A DNA stretch of 64,000 bases from Massalongia carnosa (lineage: Eukaryota): the NCBI GenBank assembly GCA_965645245.1, contig OZ287074.1, positions 1,550,001 to 1,614,000 of the forward strand, read 5' to 3'. The translations under genes and the position numbers were made by a program. The notes under the pieces are model-generated. The model was not told the DNA's origin and ran no database searches. It worked only from the letters and a program-made list of their open reading frames with translations. Position 1 is the first letter of the stretch. Every line of letters starts with the position of its first letter. Shown piece after piece: positions 37,489-50,000 of this stretch.

Positions 37489-39310
37489 CTAAGAATGATA
37501 AAATAGAGTTGACATCTCCTTCGTGAAGTCTCTATCCCAGTTTTCGTTTATCTCACTGGTGCGTTTTACGGCCCAATATTATTGATGAATTCTATGATTG
37601 GGGTGAACGACGTCCCTTTCGCCCAGGTCAAACCCAGTTTACTCCTTAAGCATATATCAAGGGCGACCGTAGCCCATGCGCCGGCGAACCGACGGGGTCT
37701 CGTTACGAGCGAGATAGACATTCCCTGCTCTATATATAACGACATGCGAATACTGTCCTCTCGGGCTATGCAGACGGTCTCCGTACGGTGGCCGCCATTG
37801 CATACCACGCCTCACGGGTTTTTTACGCCCACTTCGCGTTATTCATAAAGGTCTCCCGTTTATGAACCGACCATGTCTCGCAGGGATTTCGACCACTATG
37901 CTCCTGACCAGGCAGTATAGTATCGATTTTCCGTCCTTACTAACCAAAACGAGTCGAGGACAACTCGGAGGGGTGCTCGTTTGAAATTCGTTTATTAGCT
38001 CAGGGCCTAGACTGTTATCAATTAACGGGTTCCTCGTATATTGCCCTCTTCTTGTCCCAAGGGTGTCCTATTTGATGACTAGGTTGCCTCTACCATCCCC
38101 GGTACTACTCCGGTTCGGGCCATGTTGCTCACGGTAGCCATCAATCGGATGGTTTTCACAACCCAAATCCCTTGTATCGTGTAGGGTGTGACCCTACACT
38201 ATGTGTATATATGTTTTATTTCTTTCAGCCGGAGGGCTCCGTGTTGTAGACGAAGGAGACCCGTGTGACAGACATAGCTGACCCGTGTCGTACGTCTTTA
38301 GCTCTCAGCCGATGACTGCATAAAAGGACTTGAACTTTTAAGAGTATGACTGAACGTTGTTAACGAGGTCTATGAAAATCTTATTAACGAGGTCTTCGAG
38401 AACAATATTAACGAAGTTCCGCTGAACTCTTTTCATTCGTTTTGTGATCCATCGAGGTCTACCCGTGTCAAATCCACACCATGCCCGTGTCAAAATGCAT
38501 CATTTTCAGCTGATGACTGCTAGAAAGGACTTGAACCTCTAAAAATATATACGCCGAAATTAACGGGGTGCAGATCTGTCTTAACGAGCCCCCGCAGAAC
38601 CCCCTTCACAGGGACGTGTTATTGGTTTGTTACTGTGTTTTTTGTGACTGTGTGTTTTTTGACTATGTGTTTGTGACTGTATGTTTGTGACTGTGTGCTT
38701 TGTACAACGTATGATTGATGACTATGTGTTTTGTGACTCTGTGTTTTCCTCGATTTTATTTAACAGGCCGGGCCTATTAAATGGGATATTGATATTCTGC
38801 TCCGAGATGGAATTTACTTGAGGTGACAGCATTCGCCCCGGTGCCTTTACGCGTTCTGTTGATCCCAGCTGATGACTGCATGGGGAGACTTGAACTCTCA
38901 GGAGCTAGAACGGGTGTCGATTGTGCCTGGGTGGGGGATGATGCGGCTCCTTTGGTCCACATCTTCTTCCAGCTGATGACTGCATAAAGGGACTTGAACC
39001 CTTAGAAGCATGGTGCAGGGACGCGCGCATTCTACCCCCCGGTGGTTGGCCTTCGTAACTTCTTCCGTACGTACGTCTGCGACGCGTGTGAACGCGTTAA
39101 ATTAGCATTGTTCTGATGCGAAAAGATAGGAGCAAATCTATGTTTGTCGGTCGCTCCACGGTGAGGCCTTTGGCGTCTCCGTGGTGAGGACCGATGGTGT
39201 AGAAGGAGGAGGACCGATGGTGTAGAAGAAGGAGGACCGATGGTGTAGAAGGAGGAGGACCGATGGTGTAGAAGGAGGAGGACCGATGGTGTAGAAGGAG
39301 GAGGACCGAT
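37489..39310 (-). other. Unclassified structured non-coding repeat, copy 3
   Basis: Reverse complement of copy 1; five 23-nt repeats; same 3' end. Confidence 0.85.
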
Positions 39311-39373
39311 ATATAATAATTTGATAGTAAATGTGATAGTAATTTAAATGATGCGGTGGTGCTTTAGTGATAT

Positions 39374-40468
39374 TCCCGTTTGGTAATTCCAATGTGTCTT
39401 TCGATACATTTCTTGTCTTTTCGAAGTGAATCAGCTCGGATTTATCGTCATCAAATTTGACATTATTCGATGCGGCCCAATCAAAGGCCGTTTTGACTAT
39501 GATTTCGATTTCTTTGTAATTCTGTTTTGCAGTTTTATTTTCGACATATATTGCAACATCGTCAATAAAACTGTGAGAATGTGCATTGAATTTCATTCGT
39601 ATTTTTGGAAATAAGTGACGAATGTAAATCAGAAATAGAATAAGCGAGATAGGTGAGCCTTGTGGAAATCCTGATTCGACATAATATGTTTTGCTTAAAT
39701 TTTCATCAAATATCAAATTGATCGATCGTTTTGTCATGAAATGCTTGACCCATTGAATTATTATGCGAGATAATTTCAGCTTTTTCATAACATTTAGCAG
39801 TTGATTAATCGATACAAAGTCAAATGCGCCTTTGAAATCGAGTAATAAACATGATAGGACGTTTTTATTTCTATTTGCAATTTCAATATCATGAACAACG
39901 ATCATTACTGCGTCAATTGCAGAATGATTTTTGCGTCCGCCCATCTGTTCGATATCGAGTAAATTCAAATTTTCGCAGAAGTAGACTAGTCGATTTGAAA
40001 CGATTTTCTCAGCAATTTTACCAAGACAATTTAGTAATGTGATAATTCGATATGATTTTGGAAAAGAATAGTCCGATTTATTAGGTTTTTTCAGAACTGC
40101 ACCGAGTCCTGTCCGCCAGCATAACGGGTGATAACCGATTCGAATGAATTTCGAATAAATCATGAAAAACACGTTTTTCAACGATTGAAACGATTTTTGA
40201 ACAATTGTAAAATTGATTGCATCAGGTCCACATGCTTTCTTCGGATTAAATAAACTAATCGCATTTTTCAACTCGTTTTCCGTCAAATCTGGCCAATTAT
40301 CATCATTTACGCTGTCTTGATTTGATAAATCTTCCTCATTATCGTCAATAAATGGGTTTTTTGTATACATTGCTGACACAAATGCATCGCATTTGTCATC
40401 AAACTGAATATTTAGTTTGTTTTCATGTAGAATCGGGGGTATTTTTTCGAATATGCGCGGTTTAGTGT
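39374..40468 (-). mobile_element. LINE family 1 subfamily B RT segment (continues upstream at 45788-47055)
   Basis: ORF 39138-40379 RT motifs up to ELPNG; joins 45788 across a 12-bp TSD. Confidence 0.9.
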
Positions 40469-43400
40469 TTTTTATTTATTCATTAAGTGTATTCAACCTA
40501 AGGTTATGACACTAAACTATTTTAAGATATGGTTTTAATTTACAAATAAATCAACCCTTTATAACCCAACTATCTATCGTCAATATTGCCCTGTTTTTAC
40601 TCCGTGTTAGTAACAACCTTTAGTAATCGAAATATCGATTTTACAATTTGTTTTTGTAAAGCTCGTAAATATTCCAGCATAAATCATTTCTAATTTTACT
40701 GTTCGATCTCTCCCCAACCTCCCGTTTCGATATTTTCGTCATCGAGCTGACCTAGCATCCATTTTCTAGTCGCGATTTTGTTATCAACAATAAATTTTAT
40801 CAAAATATTATTTCCGATCCTAGTATTAAACAACATTTTTAAAGTAATTGTGGTATCGATATTTTGTTTCATGTTTAGGATTTCATTTGAATAATGTATG
40901 CAATTCATCAATAAGTGTTCTGGCGTTTGACGTTCGTTGCAGCACCCTGTGCATTTTGACGAATTATAATCTTTCAATCGGTGCAGATATGATCGAAAAT
41001 AACCGTGTCCGAATTTCATTTGCATAATAGTCGCAAGTATCAATTTCGAACAATTATTCGACAGATAATAAAAACTCGATTTGCCCGGCTGCATTTCGAA
41101 TTTCTCATAGTATTTGCCTTTTGACTTGCATTGTTGCCATTGATTCGCCCATGTGGCTAACATATTTCGATTTATTTGACCCTTTACATAAAGAAATGTT
41201 ATTATCGAAGACTCGACTAGGATTCGACTATGTCCCGCTTTTGCTGCTTTATCTGCAATTTCATTTTCGACGATTTTCGAATGACTAGGAATCCATTGTA
41301 GAACCATCTGATAATTGTTTCCGAATAAGCATTTCGAGAGTTTTCGAATTTGTTTTGCGTAAGTATGATTTGTCAAGTTCTGAATTTCGTTTATCGCGTT
41401 TATGCTATCGGAAAAAATCCAAATCGTTTTTTCCAAATTGAAGAGAATATTCGCAATTGTCAATTTGTATGCCCATTTTATTGCTTGTAGTATCGCATAC
41501 AGTTCAGCGTTTTTAACTCTTGACTGTTTGTTTAATTTCCAGCTTTTCGAAATCGTATGATGTTTGAGGAGACAATCTTTTTCGATAAAACGATTGAAGT
41601 TATCGGTGAAATTGTTCCAATTTCGCATAATTGGTGCAAATGTGACAGCGGAAGTTGAAAACTCGGTTTTTGATCCATCGGTATAGAGTAACACCCGCGA
41701 TTTATCGGCGTTTATTGATTGGATTTTTGATAAAGTCGAATAATAATAACTTGACTTTGCTGTTTCTTTGGATCTTTCGATTTGGAACTTGATTTTACAA
41801 GACGGCTTCCATGGTTTGATGAAATTATTTACTGATTCGAATTCATCAGTTTTGTGAACTATATCCGAAACGGAATGAAGAATACGGATAAGCTGACTAG
41901 GATGAGGTTTACTCGATTTTTTCTCGTCTTCGTTTTATTCAGAATATCTGTTGTTCCATAAACTAGTGTCAAAACCGATGTTTTCGAATTTCACAGAATA
42001 GGTACTGGGAATTCTTTGACAAATAGAATTATTTTCGGCAATCTTCAATAATCGAATTGCCGAATTTTGATTTTTCATCAACAATCGTAGCTTGGCTGGT
42101 TAAATATGCGATTCAATTTCCATCGCCTGAACAGGCGTGGTTTTGAATGTGCCTAAAATCTTTCGAATCATTCGATTTTGCAGATTCTGAAATAGCTTTT
42201 CATATGTCTTTTGACCGTTATACCAGATTTCTGAGCCATAGTCCGAAATAGGAATAATACATGACAGATAGAGCTGTCTGCATGCAGTTGGCTTTAGTCC
42301 CCATTCAGACTTCATCAAACTTTGAATTGCGAAAAACGATCGATTTGCAGAAGCAATTGGCGTTTCGACGTGTTTTTTGTAATTTAGTTTTCGGTCTAAC
42401 CAGACTCCTAACCATTTGACAGAATTTTTCGGTTCTAGTATTGTCCCGTTTGGTAATTGCACTTTGTCTTTTGATGCATTTCTTGACTTTTCGAAGTGAA
42501 TCAACTCAGATTTGTCGTCATCAAATTTGACATTATTTGTTGCGGCCCAATCAAAAGCTGTTTTGACGATAATTTCGATTTCTTTGCAATTCTGTGTGGC
42601 AGTTTTATTTTCGACATATATAGAAACATCGTCTATAAAGCTAGGTGAATGAGCATTGAATTTCATTCGTATTTTCGGAAATAAGTAACGAATATAAATC
42701 AGAAATAGAATTGGCGAAATAGGTGTACCTTGTGGAATTCCAGATTCGATATAGTACGTTTTGCTTTTGTGATCATAGAATATCAAATTGATCGATCGTT
42801 TTGTCATAAAATGCTTGACCCATTGAATAACTATGCGAGATAAATGCAGCTTTTTCATAACATTTAGCAATTGATTAATCGAAACAAAGTCAAATGCTCC
42901 TTTGACATCGAGTAATAGACATGATAAAACGTTTTTGTTTCGGTTTGCGATTTCGATATCATGAACGACGTTCATTACCGCATCGATTGCAGAATGATTT
43001 TTCCGTCCGCCCATTTGTTCAGTATCTAACAAGCTCGAATTTTGGCCGAGGTAGGCTAGTCGATTAGCAACTATTTTCTCCGCAATTTTACCAAGATAAT
43101 TCAGTAAGGTAATAATTCGATATGATTTTGGCAGCGAGTAGTCTGGTTTATTAGGTTTTTTTAAAACAGCACCGAGTCCTGTTCGCCAACATAACGGGTG
43201 ATAACCGATTTGTATAAATTTAGAATAAATAGTAAAAAACACGTTTTTCAATGGTTGAAACGATTTTTGAATTATTGTGAAATTGATTGCATCAGGTCCA
43301 CATGATTTCTTTGGATTAAACAAACTAATCGCATTTTGCAATTCATTTTCGGTTATATTCGGCCAATTGTTGTCATTTTCGCTTTCTTGATTCGTTAAAT

Positions 43401-43530
43401 CTTCAATATTATCATCCGTGAACGGGTTTTTTGTGTACATTGCTGACACAAACGCATCGCATTTGTGATCGAATTGAACATTTAACTTATTTTCATATTG
43501 AATAGGTGGTATTTTTTCGAACATGCGCGG
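40469..43530 (-). mobile_element. LINE family 1 subfamily A, 5'-truncated
   Basis: ORFs 42100-43524 (RT) and 40696-41694 (RNase H: YTDGSK, NAELYAI, FSDS, WIPSH); tail at 40469. Confidence 0.95.
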
Positions 43531-45264
43531 CTAAGAATGATAAAATAGAGTTGACATCTCCTTCGTGAAATCTCTATCCCAGTTTTCGTTCATCTCACTG
43601 GTGCGTTTTACGGCCCAAGACTATTGATGAATTCTACGATTGGGGTGAACGACGTCCCTTTCGCCCAGGTCAAACCCAGTTTACTCCTTAAGCATATATC
43701 AAGGGCGAGTCTAGCCGTAGCCCATGCGCCGGCGAACCAACGGGGTCTCGTTACGAGCTAGATAGACATTCCCTGCTCTATATACACCGACATGCGCATA
43801 CTGTCCTCTCGGGCTATGCAGACGGTCTCCGTACGGTAGCCGCCATTGCATACCACGCCTCACGGGTTTTTTACGCCCACTTCGCGTTATTCATAAAGGT
43901 CTCCCGTTTATGAACCGACCATGTCTCGCAGGGATTTCGACAGCTATGCTCCTGACCAGGCAGTATAGTATCGATTTTCCGTCCCTACTAACCAAAACAA
44001 GTCGAGGACAACTCGGAGGGGTTCTCGTTTGAAATTCGTCTATTAGCTCAGGGCCTAGACTGTTATCAATTAACGGGTTCCTCGTATATTGCCCTCTTCT
44101 TGTCCCAAGGGTGTCTTATTTGATGACTAGGTTGCCTCTACCATCCCCGGTACGACTCCGGTTCGGGCCGTGTTGCTCACGGTAGCCATCAATCGGATGG
44201 TTTTCATAACCCAAATCCCTTGTATCGTGTAGGGTGTGACCCTACACTATGTGTCTATATGTTTTATTTCTTTCAGCCGGAGGGCTCCGTGTTGTAGACG
44301 AAGGAGACCCGTGTGATAGACATAGCTGACCCGTGTCGTACGTCATTAGCTCTCAGCCGATGACTGCATGAAAGGACTTGAACCTTTAAGAGTATGACCG
44401 AACGTTGTTAACGAGGTCTATGAAAATCTTATTAACGAGGTCTTCGAGAACAATATTAACGAAGTTCCGCTGAACTCTTTTCATTCGTTTTGTGATCCAT
44501 CGAGGTCTACCCGTGTCAAAATACATTATTTTCAGCTGATGACTACTAGAAAGGACTTGAACCTCTAAAAATATGTACTCCGATATTAACGGGGTGCAGA
44601 TCTGTCTTAACGAGCCCCCGCAGAACCCCCTTCACAGGGACGTGTTATTGGTTTGTGACTGTGTTTTTTGTGACTGTGTGTTTTGTGACTGTGTGTTTGT
44701 GACTGTATGTTTGTGACTGTGTGCTTTGTGACTGTGTGCTTTGTACAACGTGTGATTGATGACTATGTGTTTTGTGACTTTGTTTTCCTCGATTTTATTT
44801 AACAGGCCGGGCCTATTAAATGGGATATTGTTATTCTGCTCCGAGATGGAGTTTTCTTGAGGTGACAGCATTCGCCCCGGTGCCTTTACGCGTTCTGTTG
44901 ATCCCAGCTGATGACTGCATGGGGAGACTTGAACTCTCAGGAGCTAGAACGCGTGTCGACTGTGCCCGGGTGGGGGATGATGCGGCTCCTTTGGTCCACA
45001 TCTTCTTCCAGCTGATGACTGCATGAAGGGACTTGAACCCTTAGAAGCATGGTGCAGGGACGCGCGCATTCTACCCCCCGGCGGTTAGCCTTCGTATCCT
45101 CTTCCGTACGTACGTCTGCGACGCGTGTGAACGCGTTAAATTAGCATTGTTTTGATGCGAAGAGATAGGAGCAAACCTATGTTTGACGGTCGCCCCACGG
45201 TGAGGCCTTTGGCGTCTCCGTGGTGAGGACCGATGGTGTAGAAGGAGGAGGACCGATGGTGTAG
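43531..45264 (-). other. Unclassified structured non-coding repeat, copy 4
   Basis: Reverse complement of copy 1; about 1.3 23-nt repeats; same 3' end. Confidence 0.85.
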
Positions 45265-45787
45265 GCTCGTCCGTCTCGAGTCTTATCTGTATCGAGTTCT
45301 GATATTCAGCGGTGAAAAGAGCTCAGAATATCAGGAGCACTGTTTAGGAAATGATATTTAACTGCATGGCTCTCGAGTGCAAGATCGTTTACTATCAAGC
45401 TTTTCTTTCCATTGTATCATAAGAGTAGAGAAGGTGGCAAGCTGATCGTTGGATCCTGTAGACCTGAAGCCTGCTTAATCACGAGGGAAGGCATATTATA
45501 AACTCAGAAAGACACCATAGTCGGTCGATGCAAGCCTTGAATACTCTCAATGAAACCCTATTCTGAAACCACATTCGAAAAATCAAAGGACGGAATGGAG
45601 TAGTAGTGAACAACAGTTTCCGAGGGTTTTCAATAGGTTTGAGAATCTTCTCGAAGATCACCATGACCTTACCTATGTTCCGTCAAGGTAAAGCGGTAGG
45701 ATGCCGACTGCACTTTTCAGCTACATCTCAAGCAGTCTCATGCTGAAACACAAATCGCGGAGAAAGCGTTGAATTTACTCGTTCAGT

Positions 45788-47055
45788 GCGGTTTAGTGTA
45801 TTTATACGCGGTAAATGCATCTTCATTTGCTGCATTTTCTAGAAAAGTCAACCATGTTTGTTGTTTTGCTTTTCGAATTGGATGAAAATACTCGATTCGA
45901 CTATGTTTAAACGTCCGATGACTAAAATCGGACGGATAATTCTTCCATTCTCGACGATGTCTGCACATGGTTTTTCGAAGTTCAGTTAAATCTTGCGACC
46001 ACCAATTTTTCGATTTTGCACAAATTTTCGTTTTCGGAATAAACATTTCAGCCGCGTTTTTGATAACGTTTTGCAAATATATCGCTGATTCTTCGAATTG
46101 TGATTATTCAATAAACTTTGAACTTGTGATTCGTAGATGGTTGAATTTTCGTCTAGATACTTCGCGAATTTATTCCAATCGGCTTTATTGCAATTGTATT
46201 TATTCGATAATGCGGTTGCATGTGACGTCAAGTTTTTGAAAGATGCGATTAGTTCAAATCGGATGACTTCATGATCAGAACCTGTGACTGCGTTTTCATC
46301 AATTGACCAATTTGTAATTGCATTTTCGATTTTAGAATTTGCAAAAGTTAAATCACTAACGGATGAAGAACTTCCAGAATGGGCGTAGTATGTACATAAG
46401 TCAGGTGTGTTTATCAAGCTACACCTGTTTAATTTCAACCATTTGACAAGATTCTCTGATCGAATTGCTTGTTGAATTTTCGAATTCCACCAGTTATGAT
46501 GTGCATTGAAATCTCCACAGATGACGAATTGATCAGTTGATTTAGGTTGTAATTGGATTAAAAGTCGATCGATCGTGTATGTTTCTCGATCACTTTGACT
46601 TTTTTCGTTATAAATATTGAAAATCTGCACTTTTCGAACTTCATCAATTGTAATTTCAATAATTTGCATATCGGAATCGTTAATAAGATCCGTTCTAGGC
46701 GTGCATTGCAGTTTGGAATTGCCATTTGTGACAAATATAGCTACTCTCGAGCGATAAGTCGCTATTTTTTGCATAATACATGTAAATTACGGATGTGATA
46801 TTGTTTTTTGATCTCGTGTCCATGGTTCCTGAAACAAAACAATATCAACTTGATTTGATAATGCATATTCCAAACACGATATCATTGCATTCGTTGACTT
46901 TGCACAATTATGTTGAATAAATTTAACATTTTGTGTATTTTCGATGTTTGTCAACGATTGCTGTCCTGCCATTACAAAGCGGCTAATTCGTCAGTCGATT
47001 TTCGAACATTTAACGATATAACTATTTCACAATTTTCATCATTGGATTGATGATT
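45788..47055 (-). mobile_element. LINE family 1 segment (ORF1 end, APE endonuclease)
   Basis: ORFs 46787-46972 and 45986-46774 (FIQHNC, FQEPW, GDFNAHH, GSDH). Confidence 0.9.
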
Positions 47056-50000
47056 TTTATTTTATTTATTCATTAAGTGTATTCAACCTAAGGTTAAGAC
47101 ACTAAACTATTTTAAGATATGGTTTTATTTTACAAATAAATCAACCCTTTATAACCCAACTATGTATCGTCAATATTGCCCCGTTTTTACTCCGTGTTAG
47201 TAACAACCTTTAGTAATCGAAATATCGATTTTAAAATTTGTTTTTGTAAAGCTCGTAAATATTCCAGCATAAATCATTTCTAATTTTACTGTTCGATCTC
47301 TCCCCAACCTCCCGTTCGATTTTTTCGTTATCGAGCTGACCTAGCATCCATTTTCTAGTCGCGATTTTGTTATCAACAATAAATTTAATCAAAATATTAT
47401 TTCCGATCCGAGTATTAAACAACATTTTTAAAGTAATTGTGGTATCGATATTTTGTTTCATGTTTAAGATTTCATTTGAATAATGTATGCAATTCATCAA
47501 TAAGTGTTCTGGCGTTTGACGTTCGTTGCAGCGCCCTGTGCATTTTGACGAATTATAATCTTTCAATCGGTGCAGATATGATCGAAAATAACCGTGTCCG
47601 AATTTCATTTGCATAATAGTTGCAAATATTAATTTAGAACAATTATTCGACAGATAATAAAAACTCGATTTGCCCGGCTGCATTTCGAATTTCTCATAGT
47701 ATTTGCCTTTTGACTTGCATTGTTGCCATTGATTCGCCCATGTGGCTAACATAATTCGATTTATTTGACCCTTTACATAATCAAATGTTATTATCGAAGA
47801 CTCGACTAGGATTCGACTATGTCCCGCTTTTGCTGCTTTATCTGCAATTTCATTTTCGACGATTTTCGAATGACCAGGAATCCATTGTAGAACCACCTGA
47901 TAATTGTTTCCGAATAAGCATTTCGAGAATTTTCGAATTTTTTTTGCGTAAGTATGATTTGTCAAGTTCTGAATTACGTTTATCGCGTTTATGCTATCGG
48001 AAAAAATCCAAATCGTTTTTTCCAAATTGAAGAGAATATTCGCAATTGTCAATTTGTATGCCCATTTTATTGCTTGTAGTATCGCATACAGTTCAGCGTT
48101 TTTAACGCTTGACTGTTTGTTTAATTTCCAGCTTTTTGAAATCGTATGATGTTTGAGGAGACAATCTTTTTCGATAAAACGATTGAAGTTATCGGTGAAA
48201 TTGTTCCAATTTCGCGTAATCGGTGCAAATGTGACAGCGGAAGTTGAAAACTCGGTTTTTGATCCATCGGTATAGAGTAAAATTTGCGATTTATCGGCGT
48301 TTATTGATTGAATTTTTGATAAAGTCGAATAATAACTTGACTTTGCTGTTTCTTTTGATCTTTCGATTTGGAACTTGATTTTACAAGACGGCTTCCATGG
48401 TTTGATGAAATTATTTACTGATTCGAATTCATCAGTGTTATGAACTATATCCGAAACGGAATGAAGAATACGGATAAGCTGACTAGGATGAGGTTTACTC
48501 GATTTTTTCTCGTCTTCGTTCCATTCAGCATATCTGTTGTTCCATAAACTAGTGTCAAAACCGATGTTTTCAAATTTCACCGTATAGGTACTGGGAATTC
48601 TTTGACAAATAGGATTATTTTCGGCAATCTTCAATAATCGAATTGCGTATTTTTTATTTTTCATCAACAATCGTAGCTTGGCTGGTAAAATATGCGATTC
48701 AATTTCCATCGCCTGAACAGGCGTGGTTTTAAATGTGCCTAAAATCTTTCGAATCATTCGATTTTGCAGATTCTGAAATAGCTTTTCATATTTATTTTGA
48801 CAGTTATACCAGATTTCTGAGCCATAGTCCGAAATAGGAATAATGCATGACAAATAGAGCTGTCTCCATGCAGTTGGCTTTAGTCCCCATTCAGACTTCA
48901 TCAAATTTTGAATTGCGAAAAACGATCGATTTGCAGAAGCAATTCGCGTTTCGACGTGTTTTTTGTAATTTAGTTTTCGGTCTAACCAGACTCCTAACCA
49001 TTTGACAGAATTTTTCGGTTCTAGTATTGTCCCGTTTGGTAATTGCACTTTGTCTTTTGATGCATTTCTTGACTTTTCGAAGTGAATCAACTCAGATTTG
49101 TCGTCATCAAATTTGACATTATTCGTTGCGGCCCAATCAAAAGCTTTTTTGACGATAATTTCGATTTCTTTGCAATTCTGTGTGGCAGTTTTATTTTCGA
49201 CATATATTGCAACATCGTCTATAAAGCTAGGTGAATGAGCATTGAATTTCATTCGTATTTTCGGAAATAAGTAACGAATATAAATCAGAAATAAAACTGG
49301 CGAAATTGGTGAACCTTGTGGAATTCCAGATTCGATATAGTACGTTTTGCTTTTGTGTTCATCGAATATCAAATTGATCGATCGTTTTGTCATAAAATGC
49401 TTGACCCATTGAATAACTATGCGAGATAAATGCAGCTTTTTCATGACATTTATCAATTGATTAATCGAAACAAAGTCAAATGCTCCTTTGACATCGAGTA
49501 ATAGACATGATAAAACGTTTTTGTTTCCTTTTGCGATTTCGATATCATGAACGACGTTCATTACCGCATCGATTGCAGAATGATTTTTCCGTCCGCCCAT
49601 TTGTTCGGTATCTAACAAGCTCGAATTTTCGCCGAGGTAGGCTAGTCGATTAGCAACTATTTTCTCCGCAATTTTACCAAGAGAATTCAGTAGTGTAATA
49701 ATTCGATCTGATTTTGGCAGCGAGTAGTCTGGTTTATTATGTTTTTTTAAAACTGCCCTGAGTCCTGTTCGCCAGCATAACGGGTGATAACAGATTTGTA
49801 TAAATTTAGAATAAATAGTAAAAAACACGTTTTTCAATGGTTGAAACGATCTTGAACTATTGTGAAATTGATTGCATCAGGTCCACATGATTTCTTTGGA
49901 TTAAACAAACTAATCGCATTTTGCAATTCATTTTCGGTTAAATACGGCCAATTGTTGTCATTTTCGCTGTCTTGATTCGTTAGATTTTCAATATTATCGT

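Noticed and set aside
44340..45050. Hammerhead ribozyme reading of the modules on the antisense strand (CTGATGA...GAAA...TC)
   Set aside because: Only one module has both CTGATGA and GAAA; the others have GAAG, GGGG or CCGATGA. Stem II cannot pair and stem I is offset by CAG. A cleavage assay is still worthwhile.
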